The translations under genes were made by a program, and so were the position numbers. Below the pieces are notes generated by a model. That model made no database searches. It was not told where the DNA came from and saw only the letters and a list, made by a program, of their open reading frames with translations. Shown here piece after piece: positions 33,451 to 45,153 of a DNA stretch of 64,000 bases. The stretch is from Heptranchias perlo (Eukaryota): the NCBI RefSeq assembly GCF_035084215.1, contig NC_090326.1, positions 11,160,001 through 11,224,000 on the forward strand, in the 5' to 3' direction. Positions within the stretch are counted from its first letter, which is position 1; each line of letters begins with the position of its first letter.

Positions 33451-35028
33451 TTTTTTTAAAAGGCTTATTTTACCACCAATCACATGTAAGATTGAAATAA
33501 TCACATGATTTGTGTAATTAGATCATTTTGGACGTGCCAAGACAAGAAGATACTGAAGATAAGTAAGCTCGAGAATGGTTCTTGGAGCCCAACCACGGTT
33601 GGACAAATAAACTTGTCTGTGGTGCTGAAAAGGTTAATGCCAAAGCTCCTATTTGTTTCAAACATGCCACATGTCAGATAGCTTTCCTGCTTTTCAACTG
33701 TACTCTTGCTATTTCAGCATCAGGTTTCTGAGGGGAGGGGAAAGAGATTGATTTTTGATTTTTATTCATTGTCACTCAATCATTGTCAGAAAGATCAAAC
33801 CCATAATTTATCACTAAAGGATACAGAAATGCTAATTAGTATCCCAAATCAATTTCCCGGGTATGAGGTTGGAGCTGCAGGGTAGAAAGGTCAGCCTTCA
33901 GATAAGAAGCATCTCCCACCTTACTGCCTGAGGTCTGTTTTTCCAGTTTTCATTCTGTGTTAGCTGTTAGTGAGTAGTTTCAGCACTGTCAGAGAGCAGT
34001 CACCGTTTCTATACGTGCAAATCCTTGTCTCTGAGCCCTAAAAGAGTGTTACTATAAAAGAGTACGGTTTGATGCCAGTGCCTCCATCTACAGTTGCAAA
34101 AGACACAATCCTTGAACTACATAAATCTTTTTTAGCACTACATTAGGAGCAGTTGCATCTGAAAGTAGGTTGGTGCCCATTTTCCTCCCATATGCCGGGC
34201 TGACTGAGGTGAACGTTAAACAGAGTGGAAATGTGATTGCCTTTAGTGTAAGCAACTGTGTGTTGATGGTAGTTTGAGGGGGATGGGCTGGGGAGAATAT
34301 TCCAATTCCCATGACATTGTCACACTGTGTACCATTTAAGTCAACAAAAAGACATTTGCATCTCTGTCACACATATGGATCAAATTCTCAGAGCATTAAG
34401 ACTGATTTTACTGTGGGCACTAATCCAGTTAAATTAACCACCACAGGGATTTTCCACTGCTGCAGTAAGTCCCGATTTTATGTCTTCATATATTCCACTG
34501 ACATTATTCTGATGTTTTTACACAGGAATGTGGGAATAGTGCTGGTGGAAATGTAGGAGTGGGATGTCTGGCACAACCAGTCCAGAGGGCCAGATGGGAA
34601 AACTAAAAATATCTTTTTACCCCCTCTCTTCTAAATCCCAGTTAAAACAGAACCAAAATCCTAACCATATTGAGAACAGAATTCTCAACTGTGCCTGATA
34701 TGAAAGGGGCTATTTTGAAAAACTGTGTTGTGATAAAGTTGTCATTTTCAGGGGTGTTTTGGAAAAGAGTCAGAACACGGGAGTGAGTTGTGAATTTCTC
34801 CACCTCGTCCTGGAGGGAGAAATTAGATGAAAATGGAGAATTAACATGTAGCCAAGGGAATTGGGAGGAAGAAAAGTACAGTCGTGAAACCAAGGCAAGA
34901 GGAAAGTTACAAAGAAAAGTAGAAGTAACAGGTAAGCGGAAATAAAGAAAGAGAGAATAGGATAAGAGAGGTGGACAATAAGAGAGAAGAGGAAAGGAAG
35001 AGTCTGGAGGAATGAGGAAAGATTTTGA

Positions 35029-35170
35029 GGGTGAATTTTCTCAGGGCTTCTCCCACTGTGCTGCTTTAACTTTGATGGAACTTTAGCAGAAACCCTGTTT
35101 TTAGCGTGTAAACGGGGTTTCTGCCGAAGTTATGGCAACACAGCGGGCGAGGCCTTGAGGAAATTCACCC
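35029..35170. mobile_element. small palindromic MITE
   Basis: TIRs gggtgaattttctcagggc / gccttgaggaaattcaccc; inner arms gcagaaaccctgttt / aaacggggtttctgc. Confidence 0.7.
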
Positions 35171-35837
35171 ACTTTGTACGTATATGAGAGTAAGATTTAG
35201 ATCCCGAGAAACAGTCCACACTATGAACTAGCACTGTTTCTAATTGTATAAGCATTCCTGCAATTTTACAATTTACCATAATGCTATTTGCAAATTCAGC
35301 AAAGAATGTGCAAAAGTATCTAACATTTGATATAAGATGCCTAATTTCTGTTCCAGTGAGAAGCAGCCTATACTTTATCCAGGAATTCAGGGCAGAATGA
35401 AAGACAGTTTAAAAAGTCAAGACTGTCAATCAACCTGATATCATTATTTCCCTGGTACAATTGGGGCAGAAAGAGCTACTACTATTTGATCATAGTGATT
35501 CAAACAGCTGCATAAATAATTCCATGTATCTGTTTAGCAGTGTTCACACAGAAATGTGTAAGCTCAGACAGTAGTACAGAGCTCTCCATTGACACCAACC
35601 ATTGCGCTGAAGATTGTCAGTAGAAGTAAGTGGTTGGTACCTCTCCCATATTGGAGGACATCCTCAAATTGTATCTGACTGTCCTCAGTTGAGTTTGACC
35701 ATGCAGTATTTAGCCAATCAGAATACATTTTTGTGGAAGATGCTCCAATACTTTGCTGAGTCACAAGTCCCTGAATCTTTTCTCTGCAGTTATGGGACTG
35801 CCTGCCTTTGCCTCTTCCTGCAAATGTTGTTACCACT

Positions 35838-37090
35838 ATAGAACTATTGAAGTTTACAGCATAGAAAAAAGCATTCGGTCCATCATGTCTATACTAGCTC
35901 TTTGCTGGAGCAATACAAAAATAATCCCACTGCCCAGTCCTTTCCCCATCACCCTGTATCTTTCTCACCTTCAAATATTTAATCCAATTTTTTCTTAAAA
36001 CATGGTCTAGTCTCTGCCTCAACCATTCCCTGTGACAACATCCATCTGCATAAAGAAATTTCTCCTAACGTCTCCTTTCACTGTTTTAGTGTCGATTTTA
36101 AATTGACTCCAGAGAAAATAGTCATTCCCTGTGCACTCTATCAAAACTCTTCATAGTTTTAAAAACCTCAATTAAATTTCCTCTTAGTCTTCTCTGCTGC
36201 AGTTTGAAATAGTCCCAGTATTTCAAGTCTCTCCTCATATCTATAATTTCCCATCCCTCGAATCATCCTAGTCAATCTACGTTGTACGTTTTCTATGACT
36301 TTAATGTCCTTTCTATAATGGGGTGGCCAAAACTGCACACAATACTCTTACTTAGGCCTAATTTAGCATTACTTTTTACTCATATATTTTATGCCCCATT
36401 TATAAAACTCAAAATGCTGTTGGCATTTTTTATGGCTTTATCTACCTGTACTCTCATTTTCAGGGAATTATATATTTGAACTCTGGTCTTTTTCTTCATC
36501 CAAACCCTTCAGCATCTTTCCATTTACTGTGTATTCCCACTCCTTATTTTTCTCCCAAAATGTATTACCTCACTTCTGCACACAAAATTGCATCTGCCAC
36601 CTGTCTGCCCATTGTGCTAAGCTGTATCTCTTCCTGAAGTCTTTTGCAGTACTCCTTACTGCTTCCCAAACCCCCTACTTTTGTGTCATCAGCAAATTTC
36701 AAGATTGTGTTTCCTATACCCAAGTCCAAATCAACTATGCATATTGCAAAAGTGAATCCAGCACTGATCCCTGGGGTACACCACTTTCAATCCAAGCAAC
36801 ACCCATTTACATTAACTCTTTATTTCCTGTATGTCAGCTAACTTTTCATCCCTATTGCTGCACTTCCTCTTACAACATATGCCTGAATTTTTCTAACAAG
36901 TCTCATGAGACACCTTATTGAATACCTTCTGAAAATCTATATCCACTACATCTAATGCATTCCCTTTATCCAATTGGTCACTTCTGCAAAAAACTCTTCT
37001 TAAATTTGTCAAACATGAATTGCCTTTAACAAATCCATGCTGGCTATCCTTAATTAACTGTGCATTTTTAAATGCACACTAATTTTATCT
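35838..37090 (-). mobile_element. old CR1 RT-to-tail fragment
   Basis: Plus strand shows the antisense signature cagcactgatccctggggtacaccact (SGVPQGSVL), ttttgtgtcatcagcaaattt (KFADDTK) and tttaacaaatccatgctggct (SQHGFVK). Confidence 0.85.
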
Positions 37091-37718
37091 ACTTTACTTG
37101 AGTGTGTTGTCCTTGCACAGTGACAGACTCAAGTACCAGTGCAACCTGATACCCATTCACTCCTGCAGCAGATTGTTCAGCAAACATCAGAATTAATAGT
37201 TGCAGCAAATGTTAGCTTTGTATAATGTCATTGAAGCTTTCCAATGTAATAAACTTGACACATCAAGAATGTGCTCTAACTAGAGTGAAATTTTCACAGA
37301 TGTTTTCAATAAGGTATCTGTAGTCCAATGTAACTTTTAACATATTGATGCTGGGAACACTGTTGCCTTTTATCCATCTAAATAGTGCAGCTTAACAAAC
37401 TTAGGGTTTAGGGGCTTTCTCTGTGGTTTTGTGGGTGTCCCTGTCAAAACTTTCCATACCAAAAAACACTTCAGCCATCATGTACGTGTGTGTCTATATT
37501 GCTTGATTGTTGTGATTTACTTTTGAGTATCAAAGGATTTATTTTCTTTGAAGATGACTAACTGGATTTGTCATGTTAGAAAATCTTGAACAACAGATAA
37601 TCAGTGATTATATATACGCTGATTGGGGTTAGGCAAATATGGAGGCATTTTTACAATTGCTGTGTATTTGCACTGAATTAGAGCTGCAGTTACATAATTG
37701 AAGAGATTACATTAGACG

Positions 37719-38050
37719 TTTTTTTTTATTCGTTCATGGGATGTGGGCGTCGCTGGCAAGGCCAGCATTTATTGCCCATCCCTAATTGCTCTTGAGAAGG
37801 TGGTGGTGAGCCACCTCCTTGCACCGCTGCAGTCCGTCTGGTGAAGGTTCTCCCACAGTACTGTTAGGAAGGGAGCTCCAGGATTTTGACCCAGCAACGA
37901 TGAAGGAACGGCAATATATTTCCAAGTCGGGATGGTGCGTGACTTGGAGGGGAACGTGCAGGTGGTGTTGTTCCCATGTGCCTGTTGCCCTTGTCCTTCT
38001 AGGTGGTAGAGGTCGCGGGTTTGGGAAATGCTGTCGAAGAAGCCTTGGCA
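37719..38050 (-). mobile_element. 5'-truncated copy of the 15903-16775 LINE family
   Basis: ORF 37782..38051 PRLLRQHFPNPRPLPPRRTRA..HHHLLKSN; T-run at 37719-37727 marks the A-tail. Confidence 0.92.
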
Positions 38051-38912
38051 ATTTGCTGCTGTTGGATTGTTATGGCTGTTGGATTGTTGGTTTTTCTCTA
38101 CCTAGAGGGGATGGTTTTGCATCACTTGGGTTTCACAATGGCTGCACTACAACTGCAACTTTAACGTTTGGTTTTAAAGTTTAAAAAGTTCCTATAGGCT
38201 ATGTTTCATTTTCAAATGTGAGGAAGGAACTATATTATAAAAATAAATGAGTAACTCTACAGACCTTCCATAAAACACCTGCAAAGATATTTAAGGACAA
38301 TTACTGAAGAGCATGCAACATATTGTACTTAAGAACAAATCCAGGTTTATTTATTTTTAAAAATCCCCTTTCATTTCAATAGGACTGAGTTCCTGATGAG
38401 AGCATGAAATTCCTCTTATGAACAGTCTGTTTCTTTAATTACAGCGTGCAAACTGATGTTTGGAAAGGTTGGTTCATCAGTGAGATTCATAACTTTTCTC
38501 TGTTGTACATATTATGCTGTCAGCATGAGAAAGACACAGTACTCTGCTTTAAAGGTTTTTCCAATTAAAATTAAGGTTTACAAAGAAATTTATCTCAACA
38601 CATCAATTTGTAACCATGAAAAGTGGAATTTCTCTCGTGTAAGTTTCTTTTTTTTCCTTCACAAATTAAACTTACTGCAAACAATATTTTTCAATATAAA
38701 AAGTCCTAAATTTGGTAGTGAAAAAATCAATGCTTCTGGTGCTGGAGTGGACTCTGGAGGACGACTGTCATCGAATGATATGGAATTTTGTTGTTCCATG
38801 TTCTGTTGGTGGGTGATTTCTCTGATCCTGGAGAGTCAAAAGAATCAGTGGTGGGGATCAAATCCCTTTTCTTCGTGCTCTGCTTAATAGAGTTGCTTAT
38901 GCAGTCCCTTAC

Positions 38913-38963
38913 CTCTCCCAGTTTGTAATAATGAGGTTCAACAGTAGATTGCTGCAATGAAAC
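38913..38963 (-). other. candidate 51-nt internal exon of an unidentified transcript
   Basis: Minus strand tatttcatttcacgttttgtttcag|GTTTCA..GGAGAG|gtaagg: strong acceptor and donor, length divisible by 3, two frames open, unique sequence. No homology recognised. Confidence 0.35.
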
Positions 38964-39669
38964 CTGAAACAAAACGTGAAATGAAATAGTTTGAAACTTG
39001 GGACCAGGATTTAATATAATTGCATATTTTTGTTGCTTTTAACGTAAACAAAAAGTGTCCCAGAATAAAAAGAGTCCCTGCAATTTAATTTTTTCCAGTC
39101 TTTCAGATTATTTTATGAAAAATAAATACTGCAGCAGTTATTCAGCTTGTATATTTGAAGAGTCAGATGAGAGGTCATATGATGCATTGAGGAATGTAAT
39201 GAAAATTTAATTCGAGTACATTCTTTTTGAAAAACAAAACAGAATTTTTTTTGGGGGGGGATATTTTTGGCCCCCATTTTGTAATTATTGGTAGCTAGTC
39301 CTTAGCCGCACAGCTGTGTATAATCTTTGTCGGTCTGAACCATACTGGATCAGTTTCAAACATCCCTCAGGACACTTGAACATGCAGCAAAGTGTTTGCT
39401 AACCTGAATTTGAATTCTGTTATTGGCTGGCGAGCAGAGTCTCTGGTTGTTTGCTAATTTTCAAACCAATGTTCTGGTCAAGTTCTTATTTGAAGAAATG
39501 ACTTAGAAAAACAATTTTGAAAATCATTGCCGAGCCACCATCACTCATACTCCCAGCATTTGTGAGACATACTTTGAATATTGCCACCTTTTTCAGATTA
39601 TATTTTCATGATTTAAATGCACTGATGCATGCTGGGTTGTCTGTCAAATGATAAGGACTGGAAAATATT

Positions 39670-40379
39670 GGCCCAGAATTTGCTGGAGTGGGGCATCTGG
39701 GGGCGAGTGCCGTGAGTTCGAATTTTTTTCCTCAACCTTCAGCTCCAATTATTTTTGCGCTGCAAATTGCTGGAAGTGCGAGGTCAATGGGGCATCTGGG
39801 TGAACGTCGGGACCAACAGTCTACCTCCTTAACCAGCGAAATTTAAGGATAGGAAAAGCAACGGGGCGAACGACGGAGAAAGAAATAGTGTGAATTAGAG
39901 TCAAATCAGGTACTGAAAGAGAAATAGAGGGAAAGATTGATCTGGTTACGCGAGAGAGGAAAAGTAAGAATTTTTTTTTAAAAAACCTCCAGGAACAATT
40001 TACCACCTGCAGGAGCGAGACTCCTTACTTTAAATTGTTTCCTTTCTAGGCCTCCAAGGTTGAGTGGCAATGCAAGAACATAAATCACCCCATTAACAGA
40101 GTCCTTACAACGTGAAATATCAAGCCTAATTTTCTGTGGCGAGTTCAATTCCTATTTACGGCCCAAATCCAGCAATTTCTTGATACTCACGGGGAGATCG
40201 ACGGCGAGATCCCTTTTTTTGCAAGGCTAACGGCGGAGCGGCGCAAATCGTCCAACAATTTGTGGTGATTCGCAAATCACACTGTATATCTTCCTCGCCA
40301 CATAAGTACTGGGTCTTTTGCGCGTTAACAACAGCGAACACCGTGAACTCACCTTTATTTTCCTAGCAAATTCTAGGCC
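39670..40379. mobile_element. PIF/Harbinger-type MITE, complete
   Basis: TIRs ggcccagaatttgctgg / ctagcaaattctaggcc; 3-bp TSD att (39667-39669 and 40380-40382). Confidence 0.82.
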
Positions 40380-40904
40380 ATTGTTTCACCATCAGAACAA
40401 CTTTTGGAAATGAAATGTTTGCAAAGAATCAACTTCACATCCTTTGGTATTCTCTGTTTCTGTTTATTGCTATTATGGTTAAGTACTGCAAAATGAATCT
40501 GGTTGCTGGTGCATTTGAATTAGCAAGCCTGACAGCATGAAAGAGATAGATTAGCAAACATAGGTGAAGGGTCATTTTCATTGAAGCACACTAGGTAAAT
40601 GTAGCTAACTAAAGTTAGTTTTGCTTCTTCATACTGGGGGCTCCAGAACTCCCCCAGGCCATATCCCCCAGTGATGTAATTAACACTCCATATTTAAACA
40701 ACAACATTCCTCCTCTCAATAAAACCTTAATGGAAAGAAAACATTAAAATTAATCTTAATTATTTGCAACTGATTTTTAAAAGAAGCTATGAGAGCTAGA
40801 TTTCCGCTTTAAAAAAGGGATGTATCAGTAGAATTATTACAAAATTATGAAAATGCCCCATTATTTTTTATAATTGCATTACATAATTGTGTTTTTGTTC
40901 TTTA

Positions 40905-41165
40905 GTTTCCTCCCCTCATGCTGGGATACATGCCCACGGACATCAGCAGCTCCCTGGTTCCTCACTTAAGTCACAGTCATTCAATTATGAGCCTGTACAA
41001 TGAGTGGCAGTAGGCTTTTCTGAATGTTGGGGGTCCTCACACAGATGCTAAGGACACTGAGATCAGCAAACTCAATACAAACCAAGTACTGAAATAGGGG
41101 TTTTCTGATTTGTACGCTTAGTGCAACACCAATGCAATGTACTTACCTACGAGCCACCAGAGGTG
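40905..41165 (-). mobile_element. old tRNA-derived SINE (same family as 5390-5760)
   Basis: Minus strand ctggtggctcgtaggtaagt..ggtttgtattgagtttgctgatctcag..cactcattgtacaggctca..cccagcatgagg. Confidence 0.5.
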
Positions 41166-41361
41166 TAATCATATTCTAATTTTCCTTCAAAGTACTTATA
41201 AAATTCCTGTTTCTGGTTCTCCCCACCACCCCCCACTCCCTCAGTTATGGGAAATAGTTTAATGTTGTTGTCATAGTTACTGGTTAAATTTAAAACCATT
41301 AAAATTTGTTATTTTCAAGGACCGTAGAACAGGCTGTCTTTTAACCACCATTAAAGACACT

Positions 41362-42079
41362 GGGCCAGATTTTGCCCCCGCCACTCATTAGACTTGGACT
41401 TCCCCATAAACTTTTCATGGGCTTTTGCGCTGCACGTTCCACTCACGGGGCCCTCAATCCAACATGGCGCCCTCTCCCGGGCATTTGGGACCTGTGTGAA
41501 CGGGGCAAGCAGCTGTGTATCCCCTTAACCAATCAGATGTTAATAAGCAGCGCAGAGTCAAAACCAGGAAGTGTAAGTTGAAATAGTAAATTCAATCAGA
41601 TACAGAAAGTGAAATAAAGAGAGGGAAAGAAAGATTGAATTGACAAAGAAAAAGTAAAAAAAAAATTTTTTAATTTTAAATATCCAACAACAATTAAAAT
41701 GCGAAGAAATTATTCTCCATGTTTTTAAGAGTTAATTTTCAGTGCCAGAGAGGTTGTTTGGCAGTCATCAAGACTTACTACGCTGTTAAAATTTTGGTTC
41801 ATTTGAAAAACTTGACGTACCTTTTTCTGGCGAGATTACTTTGTTTCCATCAGGGCAGTGCAGGAACTTTGCGTTGTTGCAGTCATTTCAATGGTGAGTC
41901 AGCCGACGAGGTGTCTTTCCCGGGAAGCTTCTAGAGGAGCAGGGCATCTGGTAGAGGAACTTCCGGATTTCCACGTTTAACTTGACACGTGCGGCCGCCA
42001 GAAGTTGCTGTACCATTTGCAATGGAATAATGGTGAGCGCCGTTAGACTCACTGTTATTTTTGGAGCAAAATGCAGCCC
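41362..42079. mobile_element. PIF/Harbinger-type MITE related to 39670-40379
   Basis: Ends gggccagattttgc / gcaaaatgcagccc; shared interior (ttaaccaatcagat..aatcagatacagaaagtgaaataaagagagggaaagaaagattg); flanks act/aat. Confidence 0.7.
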
Positions 42080-42636
42080 AATGTCTTTTTCACCAAGATC
42101 CTAAGTTTCAATACAGCGAAAAGGATAAATCATCAAATTTCTTACTAATGAGGATCAAGTTTAAAATCTCATCTGACAACATTAATCTAGCCCATAGCTG
42201 TGCTGGTTTGGCAGCGTTGAATTGCCCTTTCTTCAGCAATTACACTGATGAGAGATCTGGTTTAAATTGTACAGCAAATAATGGCATTTAATGAACAACT
42301 GAGTTTTGATGGGTTGGGACGCAGTATGGATTGCAACACTTTTGGCTTTTTCCCTACTTCTCTTGGGGTATAATCAGAATACAACAAGTCTTTAAGCTTC
42401 AGATCTGTCAACTCAAATATCACTAATTAAATAAAATTTGAAATTGTGTTAATGGAGATGTCACTGTACACTTTAGCATGTCTGTTGCTGATTATATACT
42501 GTAACTTGACTGTATATTAGTACAACAGCAACTTGCATTTATGTAGTGTCTTTAACATAGTAAAATGTCTCAAGGCGCTTCACAGGTGCGTCATCAAACA
42601 AAATTTGACACTGAGCCACATAAAGAGATATTAGGA

Positions 42637-43316
42637 TACTGTATTCGCTGCTCACAATGTGGTCTCCTTTACATTGGAGAGACCAAACGCAGATTGGGTG
42701 ATCGCTTTGCTGAACACCTACGCTCTGTCTGCAAGCATGACCCTGACCTTCCGGACGGTTGGCATTTTAATTCCACGACCCACTCCCACTCTGACCCCTC
42801 TGTCCTCGGCCTCTTACACTGTTCCAGTGAAGCTCGACGGAAACTCGAGGAACAGCACCTCATCTTTCATTCAGGCACTTTACAACCTTCCGGACTCAAC
42901 ACTGATTTCAATAACTTCAGATCATAACCACTGCTCCCATTTTTTTTTCCCACTTTTTTAATTATTTATTGGACTGCAGATGCTGGTAATGGTTCTGCTG
43001 TGGCCATGCACAGCTCCCCTAGACCAATCTTTTGTTTCTTCACTTGTCCCATTACACCCTCCTTGCCTGGCACCATCATCCCTTTTCTCATTTAATCACT
43101 CTTGCCCTCTATTCTATCACAGACCTTCCCTTATGTTCTTTCTTTCCCTCCCCTCCCTCTCCTCTTTTCCTGGCTCTGTACTTGCTTAAAAAACTTTAAC
43201 TCTTTAACATCTTCCAGTTCTGATGAAAGGTCTTCGACCTGAAACGTTAACTCTATTTCTTTCTCCACAGATGCTGCCTGACTTGCTGAGCTTCTCCAGC
43301 ATTTTCTGTTTTTATT
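42637..43316 (+). mobile_element. Penelope-like retroelement, 5'-truncated: GIY-YIG endonuclease C-terminus plus terminal repeat
   Basis: YCIRCSQCGLLYIGETKRRLGDRFAEH..HFN..H..RKLEEQHLIF..GTLQPSGLN, stop at 42927. Imperfect ~17-bp TSD ataaagagatattagga (42620-42636) / ataggagatgttagga (43317-43332). Confidence 0.93.
43216..43252 (+). ncRNA. minimal hammerhead ribozyme motif (Penelope-type)
   Basis: AGUU-CUGAUGA-A-AGGUC(UUC)GACCU-GAAA-CG-UU-AACU: canonical core, 5-bp stem II, 4-bp stem I, palindromic ACGU in place of stem III. Confidence 0.78.
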
Positions 43317-44376
43317 ATAGGAGATGTTAGGACAAGTGACCAAAAGCTTGGTCAAAGCTATAGGTTTTAAGGAGCATCTTAAAACAGGCAAGGGAGATAG
43401 CGAGGCAACGAGGTTTAGGGAGGGAATTCCAGAGTTTGGGACCTAGGCAGCTGAAGGCACAGCCGCCAATGGTGGAGCGAAGAAAATTGGGGATGTGCAA
43501 GAGGCCAGAATTGGAGGAGTGCAGAGATCTCGGAGGGTTGTAGGGCTGGAGGAGGTTACAGAGATAGGGAGGGGCGAGGCCATGAAGGGATTTGAAAACC
43601 AGGATGAGAATTTTAAAATCGAAGTGTTGCCAGACCAGGAGCGAAAGTAGGTCAGCGAGCACAGGGGTGATGGGTGAACGGGACTTGATCAGAATTAGGA
43701 TACGGGCAGTAGTGATGTAAACGGGAGCAGCAGTTCCACCGCCCACTTGTATTGGTGTGGAGTGCGGAAAAGCATTTTTTTGCATACGTATCTTCAGACT
43801 GATGTATAGAAAGTTATTTACTAGCCTCTGTCTGAGGTTAGTCCTCATCAGTTGAGGTAAGATGGCACTGTTAGCTCCTTTCAATTGGTAGAATAGAATA
43901 AAAAATGGTATAATATATTGTAAGAGCTTTAGCAGGTTACTTTTAAAAAGGGGAGTTAGCATCAATGTCCATTCTACTGCTGCTGGTACAAATTGAAAAC
44001 AGTGAGGCCATCTTCTGGAGATGTTCCCTTTTACCTGTACTTTGCACTGCCAACTTTGTCCTATTGTTTTGGCACCAAGTGACAAAAATCAGTGTGGCAC
44101 TGCCACCAAAGGTGCAACATAAGTATGGCATAAAGCCACACGTGAATGCTGTTTCATTGAGATATATATTGTACATAAGAGAGGATAGAAGAATTTTGTT
44201 GTATCTTCTCACCATGCCCCCCTCCTCCTTTAATTTGAGGCGAAGATTATTCATCCAAAGAAACAGAAAATAGAGAAAGTGGTAATGGGGGGTTGGGAGA
44301 GGGGAGCAAAATCAAGAAAAAAGGAGGTAAAAACAAAGCATTACTAAAGACTATCTAAATAGCCACAATAACAATG

Positions 44377-45153
44377 GTAGGTCGAATCGGGCCAGGACCT
44401 ACTCCGTTAATGGTAGGGTGTTGGGGAGAGTTATAGAACAAAGAGATCTAGGAGTACAGGTTCATAGCTCTTTGAAAGTGGAGTCACAGGTGGATGGGGT
44501 GGTGAAGAAGGCATTCAGCATGCTTGGTTTCATTGGTCAGAACATTGAATACAGGAGTTGGGATGTCTTGTTGAAGTTGTACAAGACATTAGTAAGGCCA
44601 CACTTGGAATACTGTGTACAGTTCTGGTCACCCTATTATAGAAAGGATATTATTAAACTAGAAAGAGTGCAGAAAAGATTTACTAGGATGCTACCGGGAC
44701 TTGATGGTTTGACTTATAGGGAGAGGTTGGATAGACTGAGACTTTTTTCCCTGGAGAGTAGGAGGTTTAGGGGTGATCTTATAGAAGTTTATAAAATAAT
44801 GAGGGGCATAGATAAGGTAGATAGTCAAAATCTTTTCCCAAAGGTAGGGGAGTCTATAACGAGGAGGCATAGATTTAAGGTGAGAGGGGAGAGATACAAA
44901 AGGGTCCAGAGGGGCAATTTTTTCACTCAAAGGGTGGTGAGTGTCTGGAACGAGCTGCCAGAGGCAGTAGTAGAGGTGGGTACAATTTTGTCTTTTAAAA
45001 AGCATTTGGACAGTTACATGGGTAAGATGGGTATAGAGGGATATGGGCCAAGTGCAAGCAATTGGGACTAGCTTAGTGGTATAAACTGGGCGACATGGAC
45101 ATGTTGGGCCGAAGGGCCTGTTTCCATGTTGTAAACTTCTATGATTCTATTCT
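44377..45153 (+). mobile_element. young 5'-truncated CR1 (HER1-like tail), ORF2 C-terminus uninterrupted
   Basis: ORF 44418..45071 (217 aa, no stops) RDLGVQV..LYKTLVRPHLEYCVQFWSP..FFTQRVVSVWNELP; tail gggccgaagggcctgtttcc..ttctatgattcta. Confidence 0.96.

Larger units (their letters stand above)
42522..43712 (-). mobile_element. L2 LINE 3' end, split by the Penelope insertion (pieces 42522-42636 and 43317-43712)
   Basis: ORF 43327..44085 includes PITPVLADL..FKILILVFKSLHGLAPPYL..GGCAFSCLGPKLWNSLP..FKMLLKTYSFDQAF. The L2 tail resumes left of the Penelope. Confidence 0.9.

Noticed and set aside
43327-44085. 252-aa ORF as a gene
   Set aside because: The C-terminal half is the L2 ORF2 end; the N-terminal half is read-through flanking DNA.
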